From assembly GCA_900321865.1 (NCBI GenBank), contig ONXP01000041.1:1-52301 (forward strand): a DNA stretch of 52,301 nt, in the 5' to 3' direction. Below are positions 37,252-48,446 of the stretch, in pieces (position 1 is the stretch's first letter; every line of letters begins with the position of its first letter). Made by a program: the position numbers and the translations under genes. The DNA is from an uncultured Elusimicrobia bacterium. Lineage in GTDB: Bacteria > RUG730. Under the pieces are notes generated by a model. The model had not been told where the DNA came from, searched no databases, and saw only the letters and a program-made list of their open reading frames with translations.

Positions 37252-37746
37252 TTAATTTTGTTTTGAGCTTTTTATATAATTCATCAAACTTCCAGAATTG
37301 ATTAATTTTTGCATAAATGGAGGAAAAGGATTAATTTTGTATTCAACATTTTTAGTTAAATTCTTTACAATCCCATTATCTAGGTCAACTTCTATTTTAT
37401 CTCCATCTGAAATTTTTTCATTAGCTCTTTCTAATTCTATTATAGGAAGACCAATATTTATCGCATTTCTAAAAAATATTCTAGCAAAAGTATCCGCGAT
37501 AACACATGACACACCAGAAACTTTTATGGAAATAGGAGCATGTTCCCTAGACGACCCACAACCAAAATTCTTACCAGCAACTATAATATCACCTTTTTTT
37601 ACTTTTTTAGAAAAATCTATATCTATATCTTCCATACAATGTTTTGCAAGTTCTTCTTCGCTAGATGTATTTAAATATCTAGCCGGAATAATTTCATCTG
37701 TATTAACATTATCCCCATATCTATAAACATTGCCAGTAAACTTCAT
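37252..37746 (-). CDS. leuD: 3-isopropylmalate dehydratase small subunit (copy 1)
   Basis: [41 protein letters not shown]. Confidence 0.88.
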   Translation of the reverse strand: MKFTGNVYRYGDNVNTDEIIPARYLNTSSEEELAKHCMEDIDIDFSKKVKKGDIIVAGKNFGCGSSREHAPISIKVSGVSCVIADTFARIFFRNAINIGLPIIELERANEKISDGDKIEVDLDNGIVKNLTKNVEYKINPFPPFMQKLINSGSLMNYIKSSKQN

Positions 37747-37764
37747 CGTTCTCTCCTTAAAAAA

Positions 37765-38232
37765 CTAGTTATTCATTTCTATTGTTAATTTATATTCCAA
37801 TAAATTTTGATTTTTATCTTTTGCTACAAAAGTGGCTTTCCCAAGAGTATAATTTTTTCCTATATCATCATTTGAATTATAAGCCAAAATTTCTATTCTA
37901 TATGGAGCCTTTTTACTTTTATAAGTTTCTATAATGGCATTTTTCATATTTTCAATAATTTCAGTTTGATTTTTATATTTTGTAAAAGATATTTTTACAA
38001 CGACATCTTTATAATTTTTATCGTCTATTCCTCTAAATATTTTTACATCTCGCACTACATAAGTTTTTTGAAAAGTTTTAGATATTTTTATAACATTTTC
38101 TATACTAGATTCATTTTGGTTATTTTTCTTTTTTAACTTTTGACTATTTGATTTACATCCAAAATAAAAAAAAGACAATAAAAAAGAAACAAAACAAAAC
38201 ATAAAAAAATATGTTTTTATTTTATTAAACAC
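37765..38232 (-). CDS. Hypothetical probable lipoprotein
   Basis: GTG start with GGAG RBS. Hydrophobic N-terminus ending FYFGC. Confidence 0.6.
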   Translation of the reverse strand: MFNKIKTYFFMFCFVSFLLSFFYFGCKSNSQKLKKKNNQNESSIENVIKISKTFQKTYVVRDVKIFRGIDDKNYKDVVVKISFTKYKNQTEIIENMKNAIIETYKSKKAPYRIEILAYNSNDDIGKNYTLGKATFVAKDKNQNLLEYKLTIEMNN

Positions 38233-38281
38233 AAAAATTTCTCCTAAAAATTATTTTTATATTTTATTTTAATTTTAATTT

Positions 38282-39541
38282 TTAAATATCTTCTGGACTA
38301 GCAATTTCTCCTTTTATAGCACTTGCAGCAGCAACAGCTGGACTAGATAAATAAACCTCACTTTCAGGATGTCCCATTCTTCCAACAAAATTCCTGTTGG
38401 TAGTAGCTAGGGCTCTTTCTCCTTTGGCCAAAATACCCATATGCCCGCCAAGACACGGTCCACATGTAGGAGGAGAAATAATAGCTCCAGCATCTAAAAA
38501 TATCTTAAACAAACCTTCTTCCATCGCTTTTTTATAAATTGTAGGAGTAGCAGGAATAATTAAAGTGCGAACTTTTTTGTTAACTTTTTTTCCTTCTAAA
38601 ACTTTTGCTGCTATTCTCAAATCTTCTATTCTGCCATTCGTACAAGAGCCTATAACCACTTGATTTAAAGAAATGTTTTTTACATCAGATATATTTTTAG
38701 TGTTAGATGGAAGGTGAGGAAAAGCTATTTGAGGCTCTAAATTATTAACATCAATTTCTATTACATTAGAATATTTTGCATCACTATCGCTATTAAAAAA
38801 TATATAATCTCTTTCTTTTCTTTCATCTAAATATTTTTTTGTTATATCATCTGGAGGAACTATGCCATTTTTACCACCTGCTTCTATAGCCATATTACAA
38901 ATCGTCATTCTAGAAGACATATCTAAAGATGATATTGTATCCCCAGTAAATTCCATAGACTTATAAAGAGCTCCATCAACTCCTATTTTACCAATGATAT
39001 ACAAAATGATATCTTTAGCAAAGACCCATTTATTTAATTTTCCTTTTATTACAAACTTTATAGTTTCTGGAACTTTTAACCAAACCTTTCCAGTTGCCAT
39101 AATAGCTGCAACATCGCTAGACCCTACTCCCGTAGAAAAAGCCCCCAAAGCTCCATATGTACATGTATGAGAATCTGCTCCTATCACTATATCTCCAGCG
39201 ACCACTACACCTTTTTCTGGCAAAAGTGCATGTTCTACTCCTACTTCACCCTGATCATAATAATGAACAATATTATATTCCCTCGCAAAATCACGAAGAA
39301 TTTTAGCCTGTTCTGCTGATTTTATATCTTTATTTGGAGTAAAATGATCAGGAACCAGTGCTATTTTTTTGTTATCAAAGACATCTTTTAATCCTAAATT
39401 TTTAAAAGATTTTATAGCAATAGGTGCCGTGACGTCATTAGCCAAAACAATATCTACATTAACCTCTATAAACTCTCCAGGTTTAACAGAATCTCTCTTT
39501 AAATGATAGCTAAGTATCTTTTCGGTGATAGTCATTCCCAT
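38282..39541 (-). CDS. leuC: 3-isopropylmalate dehydratase large subunit (copy 1)
   Basis: [52 protein letters not shown]. Confidence 0.9.
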   Translation of the reverse strand: MGMTITEKILSYHLKRDSVKPGEFIEVNVDIVLANDVTAPIAIKSFKNLGLKDVFDNKKIALVPDHFTPNKDIKSAEQAKILRDFAREYNIVHYYDQGEVGVEHALLPEKGVVVAGDIVIGADSHTCTYGALGAFSTGVGSSDVAAIMATGKVWLKVPETIKFVIKGKLNKWVFAKDIILYIIGKIGVDGALYKSMEFTGDTISSLDMSSRMTICNMAIEAGGKNGIVPPDDITKKYLDERKERDYIFFNSDSDAKYSNVIEIDVNNLEPQIAFPHLPSNTKNISDVKNISLNQVVIGSCTNGRIEDLRIAAKVLEGKKVNKKVRTLIIPATPTIYKKAMEEGLFKIFLDAGAIISPPTCGPCLGGHMGILAKGERALATTNRNFVGRMGHPESEVYLSSPAVAAASAIKGEIASPEDI

Positions 39542-39645
39542 TTTTATATCTCCTTAAAAACTAAAAAAACTGAATAAAAATCATATCTTTTTATTGATAA
39601 TTTTTAAATCTATTTATAAAAAATTTTATGTTTAATTTTTTAAAT

Positions 39646-40008
39646 TTATTGAATTTTACATTTTAATTTTAGATTTTCATATAGAGCATCTCTATCCTTT
39701 GGATAAATAAAAAAGATTTTAAATATGTTAAAAAAGATTCCGTCTCTTTTTTTTAAATAAAGCTTAATAGGTCTATTTTTTATTCTTTTAAAATCAAGAT
39801 ATGGATTAATCTGAAGTTTTTCAATCTCTTCTATATTTGAATAATAAATTTCTTTAAATTTTATTCCAAAAAATCTCATAACCAATTTTTCTTCTTCTAA
39901 ATCATATTTAACATTTAAAAGTCCATAAAACAAAATAAAAGAGCTAGCTAATGAAAATAAAATAACAACAATAGAAAATAAATACAAAAAAAACATTGTA
40001 ATGGCCAT
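39646..40008 (-). CDS. Hypothetical membrane-anchored small protein (possibly bacterial PH-like)
   Basis: GGAGG RBS, N-terminal TM, then Y.L....L..RFFG.....I.Y..IEEI and IYP.DRD.. Confidence 0.6.
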   Translation of the reverse strand: MAITMFFLYLFSIVVILFSLASSFILFYGLLNVKYDLEEEKLVMRFFGIKFKEIYYSNIEEIEKLQINPYLDFKRIKNRPIKLYLKKRDGIFFNIFKIFFIYPKDRDALYENLKLKCKIQ

Positions 40009-40159
40009 AAACCCTCCTAGTGAAAAGATTTATAATAATAATATACAAGATTTTTTAAATTAATAAAAAATTTTTTATATTTTAGTAAACAAATATACAT
40101 ATTTTTTTGTTTTTTTATATAATGATATAGATTTTAAATTCTTTATAAAGAGGATTTTA

Positions 40160-41131
40160 ATGAAAGCTTTCTTAATGTGTGCAGGTCTTGGGATAAGGCT
40201 TTTACCTTTAACCAAAATTTTAGCTAAACCTATGCTAAGAATAAATAATTTCCCAATTTTATTAAACACGATAAATTTATTAAAATCTTACAATATTTCA
40301 GATATAACAATAAATTTACATCATCTGCCAGAGACTATAACAAATTTTTTCAAAGATGGAAAAGACTTTGGAGTAAAAATAAAATATTCCTTAGAAGAAA
40401 ATTTGCTTGGAACGGCTGGTGGTCTTAAAAAAGTAAAAAACGATTTTTTAGATGAGCCTTTTATAGTAATGAGTGGCGATGGATTAACTAATATTAATTT
40501 GTCAAATGTTATAAATTTTCATAAAAATAATAATTCTATAGCCACGATAGTTTTAAAGGATTACAATTTTTCTTTAAAATACGGTGCTATTCATTATGAT
40601 GAAAATAATAAAATTCTAGATTTTATAGAAAAACCTTCTTTAAAAGACATTTATCCAACCAAAATAAATACAGGAATTTACATTTTTAATCCAGAAATTT
40701 TTGATTTTATAGAAGAAAATTCTTTTCAAGATTTTGCAAATTTAGTTTTTCCAAAAATGCTAAAAAAAGGAGCTAGCCTTTTTGCCTATGAAACCCAAGA
40801 TTATTGGTGTGATGTAGGCGATATAAATGCATATACTTCGTCTCAAAAAGATATTTTATCTGAAAAAATTAAAACCTTTTTGCCAAATAATAATGACATA
40901 AAAAATAATACTTTAATCGGGAAAAATTGTAATATTAGTAGCAAAGCTATTTTTGATGGGTTTAATATCTTGGGAAATAATGTCATAATTGAGGACGATG
41001 TTTATTTAAAAGATACAATAATTTATGATAATGTAATAATCAAAAAAAATTCTAGTTTAAATAATTCTATATTGTGCGATAATGCAATCATTCATGATAA
41101 TTCCAAAATACATTATGGAATTTTTTTATAA
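40160..41131 (+). CDS. NDP-sugar synthase (mannose-1-phosphate guanylyltransferase-like)
   Basis: KAFLMCAG.G.RL.PLT...KPM, LGTAG, GD, F.EKP, INTGIY, YW.DVG, C-terminal hexapeptide repeats. Confidence 0.88.
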   Translation: MKAFLMCAGLGIRLLPLTKILAKPMLRINNFPILLNTINLLKSYNISDITINLHHLPETITNFFKDGKDFGVKIKYSLEENLLGTAGGLKKVKNDFLDEPFIVMSGDGLTNINLSNVINFHKNNNSIATIVLKDYNFSLKYGAIHYDENNKILDFIEKPSLKDIYPTKINTGIYIFNPEIFDFIEENSFQDFANLVFPKMLKKGASLFAYETQDYWCDVGDINAYTSSQKDILSEKIKTFLPNNNDIKNNTLIGKNCNISSKAIFDGFNILGNNVIIEDDVYLKDTIIYDNVIIKKNSSLNNSILCDNAIIHDNSKIHYGIFL

Positions 41132-41158
41132 ATTTATTTTAGGAGAAAAAAAATAAAA

Positions 41159-42319
41159 ATGAACAAATCTAAAAATTATGTTTTTACTTCTGAATCCGTT
41201 ACAGAGGGACATCCTGATAAAGTATGCGACCAGGTATCTGATGCTGTCTTAGATGAAATTTTAAAAACTGATCCTAATGCCAGAGTAGCTTGTGAAACTT
41301 TTGTAACTGTCGGAATGATGATAATTGGAGGAGAAATTACAACAAATGCTTCGTTTGATCCTCAAACCATTTCACGAAATATCATAAAAAATATAGGCTA
41401 TGACGATCCTAAATATGGTTTTAATTATAAAACTTGCGGGATTTTAAATGCTATAGGCAAGCAGTCTCCGGATATTTCGCAAGGTGTTGACATAGGTGGA
41501 GCAGGCGATCAAGGGATAATGATAGGCTTTGCTACAGATGAGACAGAAGAACTTATGCCTATGCCTATTGTTTTGGCTCATAAATTAACAAAAAGATTAG
41601 CAAAAGTAAGAAAAGAAAAAATTCTGCCATACTTAGGACCAGATGGAAAATCACAAGTTTCCATAGAATATGCCAATGGAAAACCAAAAAGAATAGATTC
41701 TATAGTTTTATCTTCACAACATACAGAGGATATTTTGGATGAAACTGGCAAAAAAATAAAAAATCAATATATTGATGAAATTATTCAAAAAGTCATTTTT
41801 GATGAAATTGACAATAATATGTTAGACAAAAATACTAAAATTTATGTCAACCCAACTGGGAAATTTGTCATTGGTGGACCTCAAAGCGACACTGGAATGA
41901 CCGGGAGAAAAATAATAGTCGACACATATGGCGGTATGGCGGCACACGGTGGAGGGGCTTTTTCTGGGAAAGACCCATCTAAGGTAGACAGAAGTGCATC
42001 ATATGCTGCTAGATTTTTAGCTAAACAAATAGTCGCTAGCAAAATTGCTAAAAAATGCACGATAGAACTATCTTATGCTATAGGAGTGAGAGAGCCTATT
42101 TCTATTATGGTTGATACTATGGGTTCGTCTAATGTTCCATCAGAAATTATAGAAAAAGCTATTAGAGAAAATTTTGATTTAACCCCTGGTGGAATAATAA
42201 AAATGTTAGATCTAAAAAAACCAATATACTTAAATACTGCCAGCTACGGACATTTTGGACGAGAAAATTTTACCTGGGAAAAAACAGATAAAAAAAATAT
42301 TTTTGAAAACTTACAATAA
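41159..42319 (+). CDS. metK: S-adenosylmethionine synthetase
   Basis: [59 protein letters not shown]. Confidence 0.98.
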   Translation: MNKSKNYVFTSESVTEGHPDKVCDQVSDAVLDEILKTDPNARVACETFVTVGMMIIGGEITTNASFDPQTISRNIIKNIGYDDPKYGFNYKTCGILNAIGKQSPDISQGVDIGGAGDQGIMIGFATDETEELMPMPIVLAHKLTKRLAKVRKEKILPYLGPDGKSQVSIEYANGKPKRIDSIVLSSQHTEDILDETGKKIKNQYIDEIIQKVIFDEIDNNMLDKNTKIYVNPTGKFVIGGPQSDTGMTGRKIIVDTYGGMAAHGGGAFSGKDPSKVDRSASYAARFLAKQIVASKIAKKCTIELSYAIGVREPISIMVDTMGSSNVPSEIIEKAIRENFDLTPGGIIKMLDLKKPIYLNTASYGHFGRENFTWEKTDKKNIFENLQ

Positions 42320-42340
42320 TTTTAAGGAGTTTAAAATTTT

Positions 42341-43195
42341 ATGAATCCTATTAAACTTTTTTTTGACAAAAACATTTACAAAAATATATATGAAACCAAA
42401 AATATTTTAAATATCCTGCCACAAATTATTTTGGCTGGCACTATTTTAACATTTTTATTTTTATATTCTCCTATAAAATCTATCGGGAAATTAACTGATC
42501 TTTTGTTTGTTGAAAAAATGTTAAAATATGTCCCAAAAGTTATAACTTATGATGATAATGTAGGGTTTAATTTTTTTGATGAAGACAATAACCAAATCTA
42601 TAAAAAAGATTTCACTTTTGTAAAAATAGATACTACAAAAGAATCTTTTAATCTAAATGATTTTAATAAAGATATTCAACTTATCATTTTTAATAAAGGT
42701 TTTTTTTATAAAAATAAAAATAAAATTAATTCTTTTCCTATAGAAAAAATAGGAAAAAATTTTACATTAAAAAATGATTATGATGCTATTTCTGTAATTC
42801 AAGACAATAAAATTACTAAAAATTTTACACTCGCAAGTTTAACAAATATTTTAAACAGAATATTATTTTCAATAAAAATATTTATGTTTTTTAGTTTCTT
42901 CTTTTTGTTTATATTTATATTTTTTCTCATTTCTTTAATTTTATCATTTATTTATTCTTTAATTTTGCAAAAAAAAGGAAAAAGTTTAGTTTTTCAAAAA
43001 TTAATTTGTTCTTTTTATCCAATATTATTTATAAATATCATAACTACTTTTTTCTTGAGTTTAATAAATGTCACTCTATTTGAAAATATAATATTTAAAC
43101 TTTTCATAATATCACAATTAAACTTCATAATATTTTTTGTTTACTCGATAATTGTCACATTTGTTTTTTTAAAAGATAATCAAAAATGTATATAA
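42341..43195 (+). CDS. Hypothetical integral membrane protein
   Basis: AAGGAG RBS. One N-terminal TM, a soluble beta-rich region and about three C-terminal TM segments. Confidence 0.65.
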   Translation: MNPIKLFFDKNIYKNIYETKNILNILPQIILAGTILTFLFLYSPIKSIGKLTDLLFVEKMLKYVPKVITYDDNVGFNFFDEDNNQIYKKDFTFVKIDTTKESFNLNDFNKDIQLIIFNKGFFYKNKNKINSFPIEKIGKNFTLKNDYDAISVIQDNKITKNFTLASLTNILNRILFSIKIFMFFSFFFLFIFIFFLISLILSFIYSLILQKKGKSLVFQKLICSFYPILFINIITTFFLSLINVTLFENIIFKLFIISQLNFIIFFVYSIIVTFVFLKDNQKCI

Positions 43196-44313
43196 GAAAA
43201 AGATTAGAAAAATTAAAAAAATTACTTTGTTCAAAAGGCATAAATTCGTATTTAGAATTTGAAGCAAAAAATATTTATTATTTAACTGGATTTGATGCAG
43301 CTTATCTGCTTTTGGTAGATAAATATTTTTATTTAGTAGTAAATAGTATGGTTTTTGAGCAAGCTAAAAATATTTTAGAGAAAAATAATATTTTAGATCT
43401 TTTTAAAATAATAGTAATATCCAGCGAAAAAAATATTGACTATGAATATACATATGAAACTGTAAAGAGCTTTTTAATTTCTACAAAAATATCAAATAAT
43501 ATCAAAACTTTATACTATTCTGATAAAAATATAAGTTTTTCTATGCAAAAGATTTTAGAAAATATTTTTATTCTAAAATCTTCTGAGCCACTGGTAAACA
43601 ATATGCGAATGATAAAAGACGATTTAGAATTAAAATTTATAGAATTTGCATCTAAAAAAACAGAAGAAATTGCTAGAGAAATCACAAAATTTTTTGATGA
43701 AAATGATTTAACAACTTTAAAAAATATTTCTGAAAACGAAATTGCTAAAAAAATCGATTTATTATCTATCAAATATTGCGGAGATATTGCTTTTAAAACT
43801 ATTACGGCATTTTACAAAAATACTTTTTTCCCGCATTATATCCCCAGCGAAAATGTTTTTATTAATGAAAAAGAGCCTTTTATTTTTTTATCAGACTTTG
43901 GAGCAAAATACAATGAATATTGTTCGGATAAAACTGTATCTCTTTTTAAAAATCTAGAAAACAGTGATAATTGTAATTTATACAAAAAAATGTTCAGTTT
44001 AGTAAAACTCGCCCATGATGAAGCTATTTCTATCATTAGACCTGGAATAAAAGCAAAAGATTTAGACATTTTAGTTAGAGAAATTTTTAACAAAAATGAA
44101 ATGTTAAAATATTTTATTCATTCTACCGGGCACGGAACAGGGTTAGATATTCACGAGAGGCCAAACATAAATTATTTAAGCGAAACAGTCTTAAAAGAAA
44201 ATATGGTTATAACTATAGAGCCTGGTTTATACATAAAAAATATTGGCGGAGTAAGAATAGAAGACACTATTTTAATAACCAAAAACGGCTACAAAATTTT
44301 AACAAAAATTTAG
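43186..44313 (+). CDS. Xaa-Pro aminopeptidase (M24B)
   Basis: YLTGF, RMIKD..E, DFGA....Y.SD, HSTGHG.GL.IHE.P, TIEPG.Y, GVRIED. Confidence 0.92.
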   Translation: MYIRKRLEKLKKLLCSKGINSYLEFEAKNIYYLTGFDAAYLLLVDKYFYLVVNSMVFEQAKNILEKNNILDLFKIIVISSEKNIDYEYTYETVKSFLISTKISNNIKTLYYSDKNISFSMQKILENIFILKSSEPLVNNMRMIKDDLELKFIEFASKKTEEIAREITKFFDENDLTTLKNISENEIAKKIDLLSIKYCGDIAFKTITAFYKNTFFPHYIPSENVFINEKEPFIFLSDFGAKYNEYCSDKTVSLFKNLENSDNCNLYKKMFSLVKLAHDEAISIIRPGIKAKDLDILVREIFNKNEMLKYFIHSTGHGTGLDIHERPNINYLSETVLKENMVITIEPGLYIKNIGGVRIEDTILITKNGYKILTKI

Positions 44314-44762
44314 TTAAATTTCTAAGCATTTATTATTCTTTGAAAAAATTAAATTTTTTTGTTTTCTTTAAAAGATATACCAAAATATTTGAATATTTAA
44401 TTTTTTAGATTTTTTAGATTTTTTAAGTTTAGAATCGAATCTTTTTTTGATTTTATCAAGTCAAAATTTTCTGATTCTTAACAGAATTATCTCTAAAATT
44501 TATTTATTTGCAAATCTTTTGAATTTTCTATCGAGTTTCTTTAGAAAGAAATCGAAAGTTTTTTATTGAAAATATTTTTATTTTTACCGATTTTCTTAAA
44601 AATTAAAAATCTAAAAATCTTTCAAAAATAAAAAAGGGGGAAATTATGTCCAAAAATCCAAACATTTGCCTCGAAGTTTCGAAAGAAAATTTTAGAAAAT
44701 TTTGATTTTAAAATAAAAAAGTAGGAAATAATAAAAATTGAAACGAGTGTATGTTCCGTTCG

Positions 44763-45106
44763 TTTCCTCGCTCATTTGAAAGTAAATTTTAATTTTAAAA
44801 ATTAAATAATTTCGCAAAATTTAAAAAGTTTAAGAATAAAAATAATTTTAAATTTAGCAGAATTAAGAAATATTTTGAAAGCAAAAAATTGAAATAAAAA
44901 CACTTTTTTTATTTTTTTTCTGATAGAAAAAACTTTAAAAATTTTTAAATCGACCGAAAACGAGAGGGAAAAAATCGCCAATTCTCTACAGATTTCCAAT
45001 AAAAAAAATTAAAATTAAAATTTAAAAAATTTTTTACAGAAAATGCCTGGGAATTTGCCCTTTTTCCTAGCTACTTTGAAAATAAATTTTAATTTTAAAA
45101 ATTAAA
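44763..45106. repeat. Two-copy 44-bp direct repeat (44763-44806 and 45063-45106)
   Basis: TTTCCTCGCTCATTTGAAAGTAAATTTTAATTTTAAAAATTAAA vs TTTCCTAGCTACTTTGAAAATAAATTTTAATTTTAAAAATTAAA: 40/44 identical, 300-bp period. Confidence 0.8.
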
Positions 45107-45358
45107 GAAAGAAAAAAATTAAAAAATTTTTAAAAGAATTTAATAAAAATCTTTAAAAATGCAGAAAAAGTTTAAATTTTTTCTATGGAAAAACCTAGCT
45201 ATTTGCCTTTAGCTCTTCCGAGCTTACGATAAAACTTTTTCATTTTATTTAAGAAAAGCAGAAAAATTGAAAACTTAGAAAGATACAAAATAGAAAAACA
45301 CAATATTTAAAATTTTAAAAGACGGAAAAATCTAAAATAAAAAAAAGTTTATAAAAAA

Positions 45359-45394
45359 ATAAAAGAGATAAGTTAAAACACTTATCCCCTTTAT
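45359..45394 (-). terminator. Probable intrinsic terminator of gap
   Basis: Minus strand AAAGGGGATAAG-loop-CTTATCTCTTTT followed by a T-rich tail, about 20 nt after the gap stop codon. Confidence 0.75.
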
Positions 45395-45411
45395 TTAAAA
45401 AATGAATTATA

Positions 45412-46524
<1,113 letters not shown>

Positions 46525-46536
46525 TTAAAATAAATA

Positions 46537-46770
46537 TTACTTAGATTTTTTTCCTCTAGCCATAGCAGATCTAGATACATCTCCTTCTTTATCTAGATAA
46601 TACAAAAATCCTTTTTCCCTTTTAATGCCAGTTTTTGAAATAACTTCTGGATTACCACCCTTATCAGTGCCTCTAGCCATTCTCACTCTGGATACATTAC
46701 CTTCTTTATCTAGATAATACAAAAAACCTTGTTCTCTTTTAATGCCAACTTTTGCAACTTTCTCTGCCAT
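46537..46770 (-). CDS. Small basic tandem-repeat protein of unknown function
   Basis: AGGGGG RBS. Two near-identical units GIKRE.GFLYYLDKEG.VSR..MARG at a 39-aa (117-nt) period. Confidence 0.85.
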   Translation of the reverse strand: MAEKVAKVGIKREQGFLYYLDKEGNVSRVRMARGTDKGGNPEVISKTGIKREKGFLYYLDKEGDVSRSAMARGKKSK

Positions 46771-46790
46771 TTGTCCCCCTAAAATAAATA

Positions 46791-46878
46791 CGGAGAGAGA
46801 GGGATTTGAACCCTCGCTAGGAAAAATCCTACTACAGGTTTAGCAAACCCGCCCCTTCAGCCACTTGGGTATCTCTCC
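46791..46878 (-). tRNA. tRNA-Ser(GCT)
   Basis: Minus strand: acceptor stem GGAGAGA/TCTCTCC plus discriminator G, anticodon arm CGGGT-TTGCTAA-ACCTG, long variable arm TAGGA/TCCTA, T arm GAGGG-TTCAAAT-CCCTC. No encoded CCA. Confidence 0.95.
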
Positions 46879-46922
46879 TTGTTTTTAGATTAAATATTAT
46901 ATTTTATTATAAAATGCAAGTT

Positions 46923-48446
46923 TTATTTTTTTTCATATCTTGGGAATAAAACTTCTATTTTCCCTATAGATGCATTAAATGGCATATTCTCCCAAACAAA
47001 ATCTTTTTCTTTTCCAGATATTCCTAAAAGTTTTAACATTTGCCCTGCTTTTTCTGGCATAATAGGTTGCAAAAGCATTGCTATAATCCTCATTGTAGCA
47101 ACTAAATTATATAAAACACTTTTTATTTTATCAGGATAAATCTTAGCCAATTTCCACGGAGCCATATCTTCTATGTATTTATTCGAAATTTTAACTAAAT
47201 CTACAATACTAGAAATAGCATTATAAAAATCAACTTTTTCCATAGATTTTTTATATTCTTTGATAACTTCTTTAGATTTTTCACTTAAAATATTAGGTTC
47301 TATTTTACATTCCAAAATTATTCCATTAGAATATTTTTCTAGCATCTTTAAAACTCTAGAAAAAAGATTTCCTATTTCATTGGCTAGTTCTGAATTATAT
47401 CTATCTATCAAACTATCCATCGAAAAATCTCCATCAATACCAAAAGGAACCTCGCGAAGTAAAAAATATCTTAAAGCATCTTTCCCAAAAACATTTATGA
47501 TATCATAAGGATCTATAACATTTCCCTTTGATTTTGACATTTTTTCGCCAGCAAAAACCCACCAACCATGTCCAAAAACCTTTTTAGGCAATTCTAAACC
47601 CAAGGCCATCAAGATACTAGGCCAAATTATCGTATGAAATTTATAAATTTCTTTTCCTACAAAATGAATATCAGCCGGCCAAATCTTTAAAAAATTATCA
47701 TTTTTCTTCTCGTAAAAATCTAAAAAACCTATAGCAGAAATATAATTTATAAGAGCATCAAACCAAACATAAATCGTCTGTTTTTCATCAATAGGATTTT
47801 TTATTCCCCATTCTACTGTATTTCTAGTAATGCAAAGATCAATTAATCCATTTTTTATAATATTTATCATCTCTTTCGATCTAAAAGAAGGAGACAAAAA
47901 TTCTTTATTCCTTTCAAAAAATTCTAACAATCTATTCTGATACTTTGATAGTTTAAAAAAATAAGAATCTTCTTCAACCGCTTTTAATTCTCTATGACAA
48001 TCAGGACAAATTTCTTTCCCTTTATCCTCTAAATCTGTTTCCAAAACATAAGACTCACATGCAATGCAGTATAACCCTTTATATTTGCCTTTATATATAT
48101 CACCTTTTTCATAAAGAATTTCTACTATTTTTCTAACAGTTTTTTCATGTATTTCATCTGTAGTTCTGATAAAAGCATCGTATGAAATGTCTAGGACTTT
48201 CCAAAGATCTTTATATTCTTTTACGATCATATCAGCAAAGACCTTTGGAGGCATAGAATTTTTTTGAGCCGAATTTTCTACCTTTTGGCCATGCTCATCC
48301 GTTCCAGTCAAAAAAAATACATTTTTCCCTATCATTCTATAATATCTAGCCAATACATCGCTAGCTATCGTAGTATATGCATGACCTATATGTGGTCTTG
48401 CATTTATATAATATATTGGAGTTGTAATAAAAAATGTTTTATCCAT
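46923..48446 (-). CDS. metG: Methionine--tRNA ligase (short form, no C-terminal tRNA-binding domain)
   Basis: TTPIYY...PHIGH, TGTDEHG.K, two CxxC knuckles, YVWFDAL, KMSKS. Confidence 0.97.
   Translation of the reverse strand: MDKTFFITTPIYYINARPHIGHAYTTIASDVLARYYRMIGKNVFFLTGTDEHGQKVENSAQKNSMPPKVFADMIVKEYKDLWKVLDISYDAFIRTTDEIHEKTVRKIVEILYEKGDIYKGKYKGLYCIACESYVLETDLEDKGKEICPDCHRELKAVEEDSYFFKLSKYQNRLLEFFERNKEFLSPSFRSKEMINIIKNGLIDLCITRNTVEWGIKNPIDEKQTIYVWFDALINYISAIGFLDFYEKKNDNFLKIWPADIHFVGKEIYKFHTIIWPSILMALGLELPKKVFGHGWWVFAGEKMSKSKGNVIDPYDIINVFGKDALRYFLLREVPFGIDGDFSMDSLIDRYNSELANEIGNLFSRVLKMLEKYSNGIILECKIEPNILSEKSKEVIKEYKKSMEKVDFYNAISSIVDLVKISNKYIEDMAPWKLAKIYPDKIKSVLYNLVATMRIIAMLLQPIMPEKAGQMLKLLGISGKEKDFVWENMPFNASIGKIEVLFPRYEKK

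Noticed and set aside
44802-44999. 65-aa ORF in the long intergenic region
   Set aside because: F/K/I-rich low-information translation, TTG start with no convincing RBS, no motif.
44763-45106. CRISPR array
   Set aside because: Only two repeat copies, separated by 256 nt, with no cas genes.
44314-45411. Replication origin (oriC)
   Set aside because: No clear TTATCCACA-type DnaA boxes were found by eye, and there is no dnaA nearby.
46791-46878. tRNA-Ser as an integration site; missing CCA as a novelty
   Set aside because: No integrase or duplicated tRNA 3' end was seen. Non-encoded CCA is common in many bacteria.
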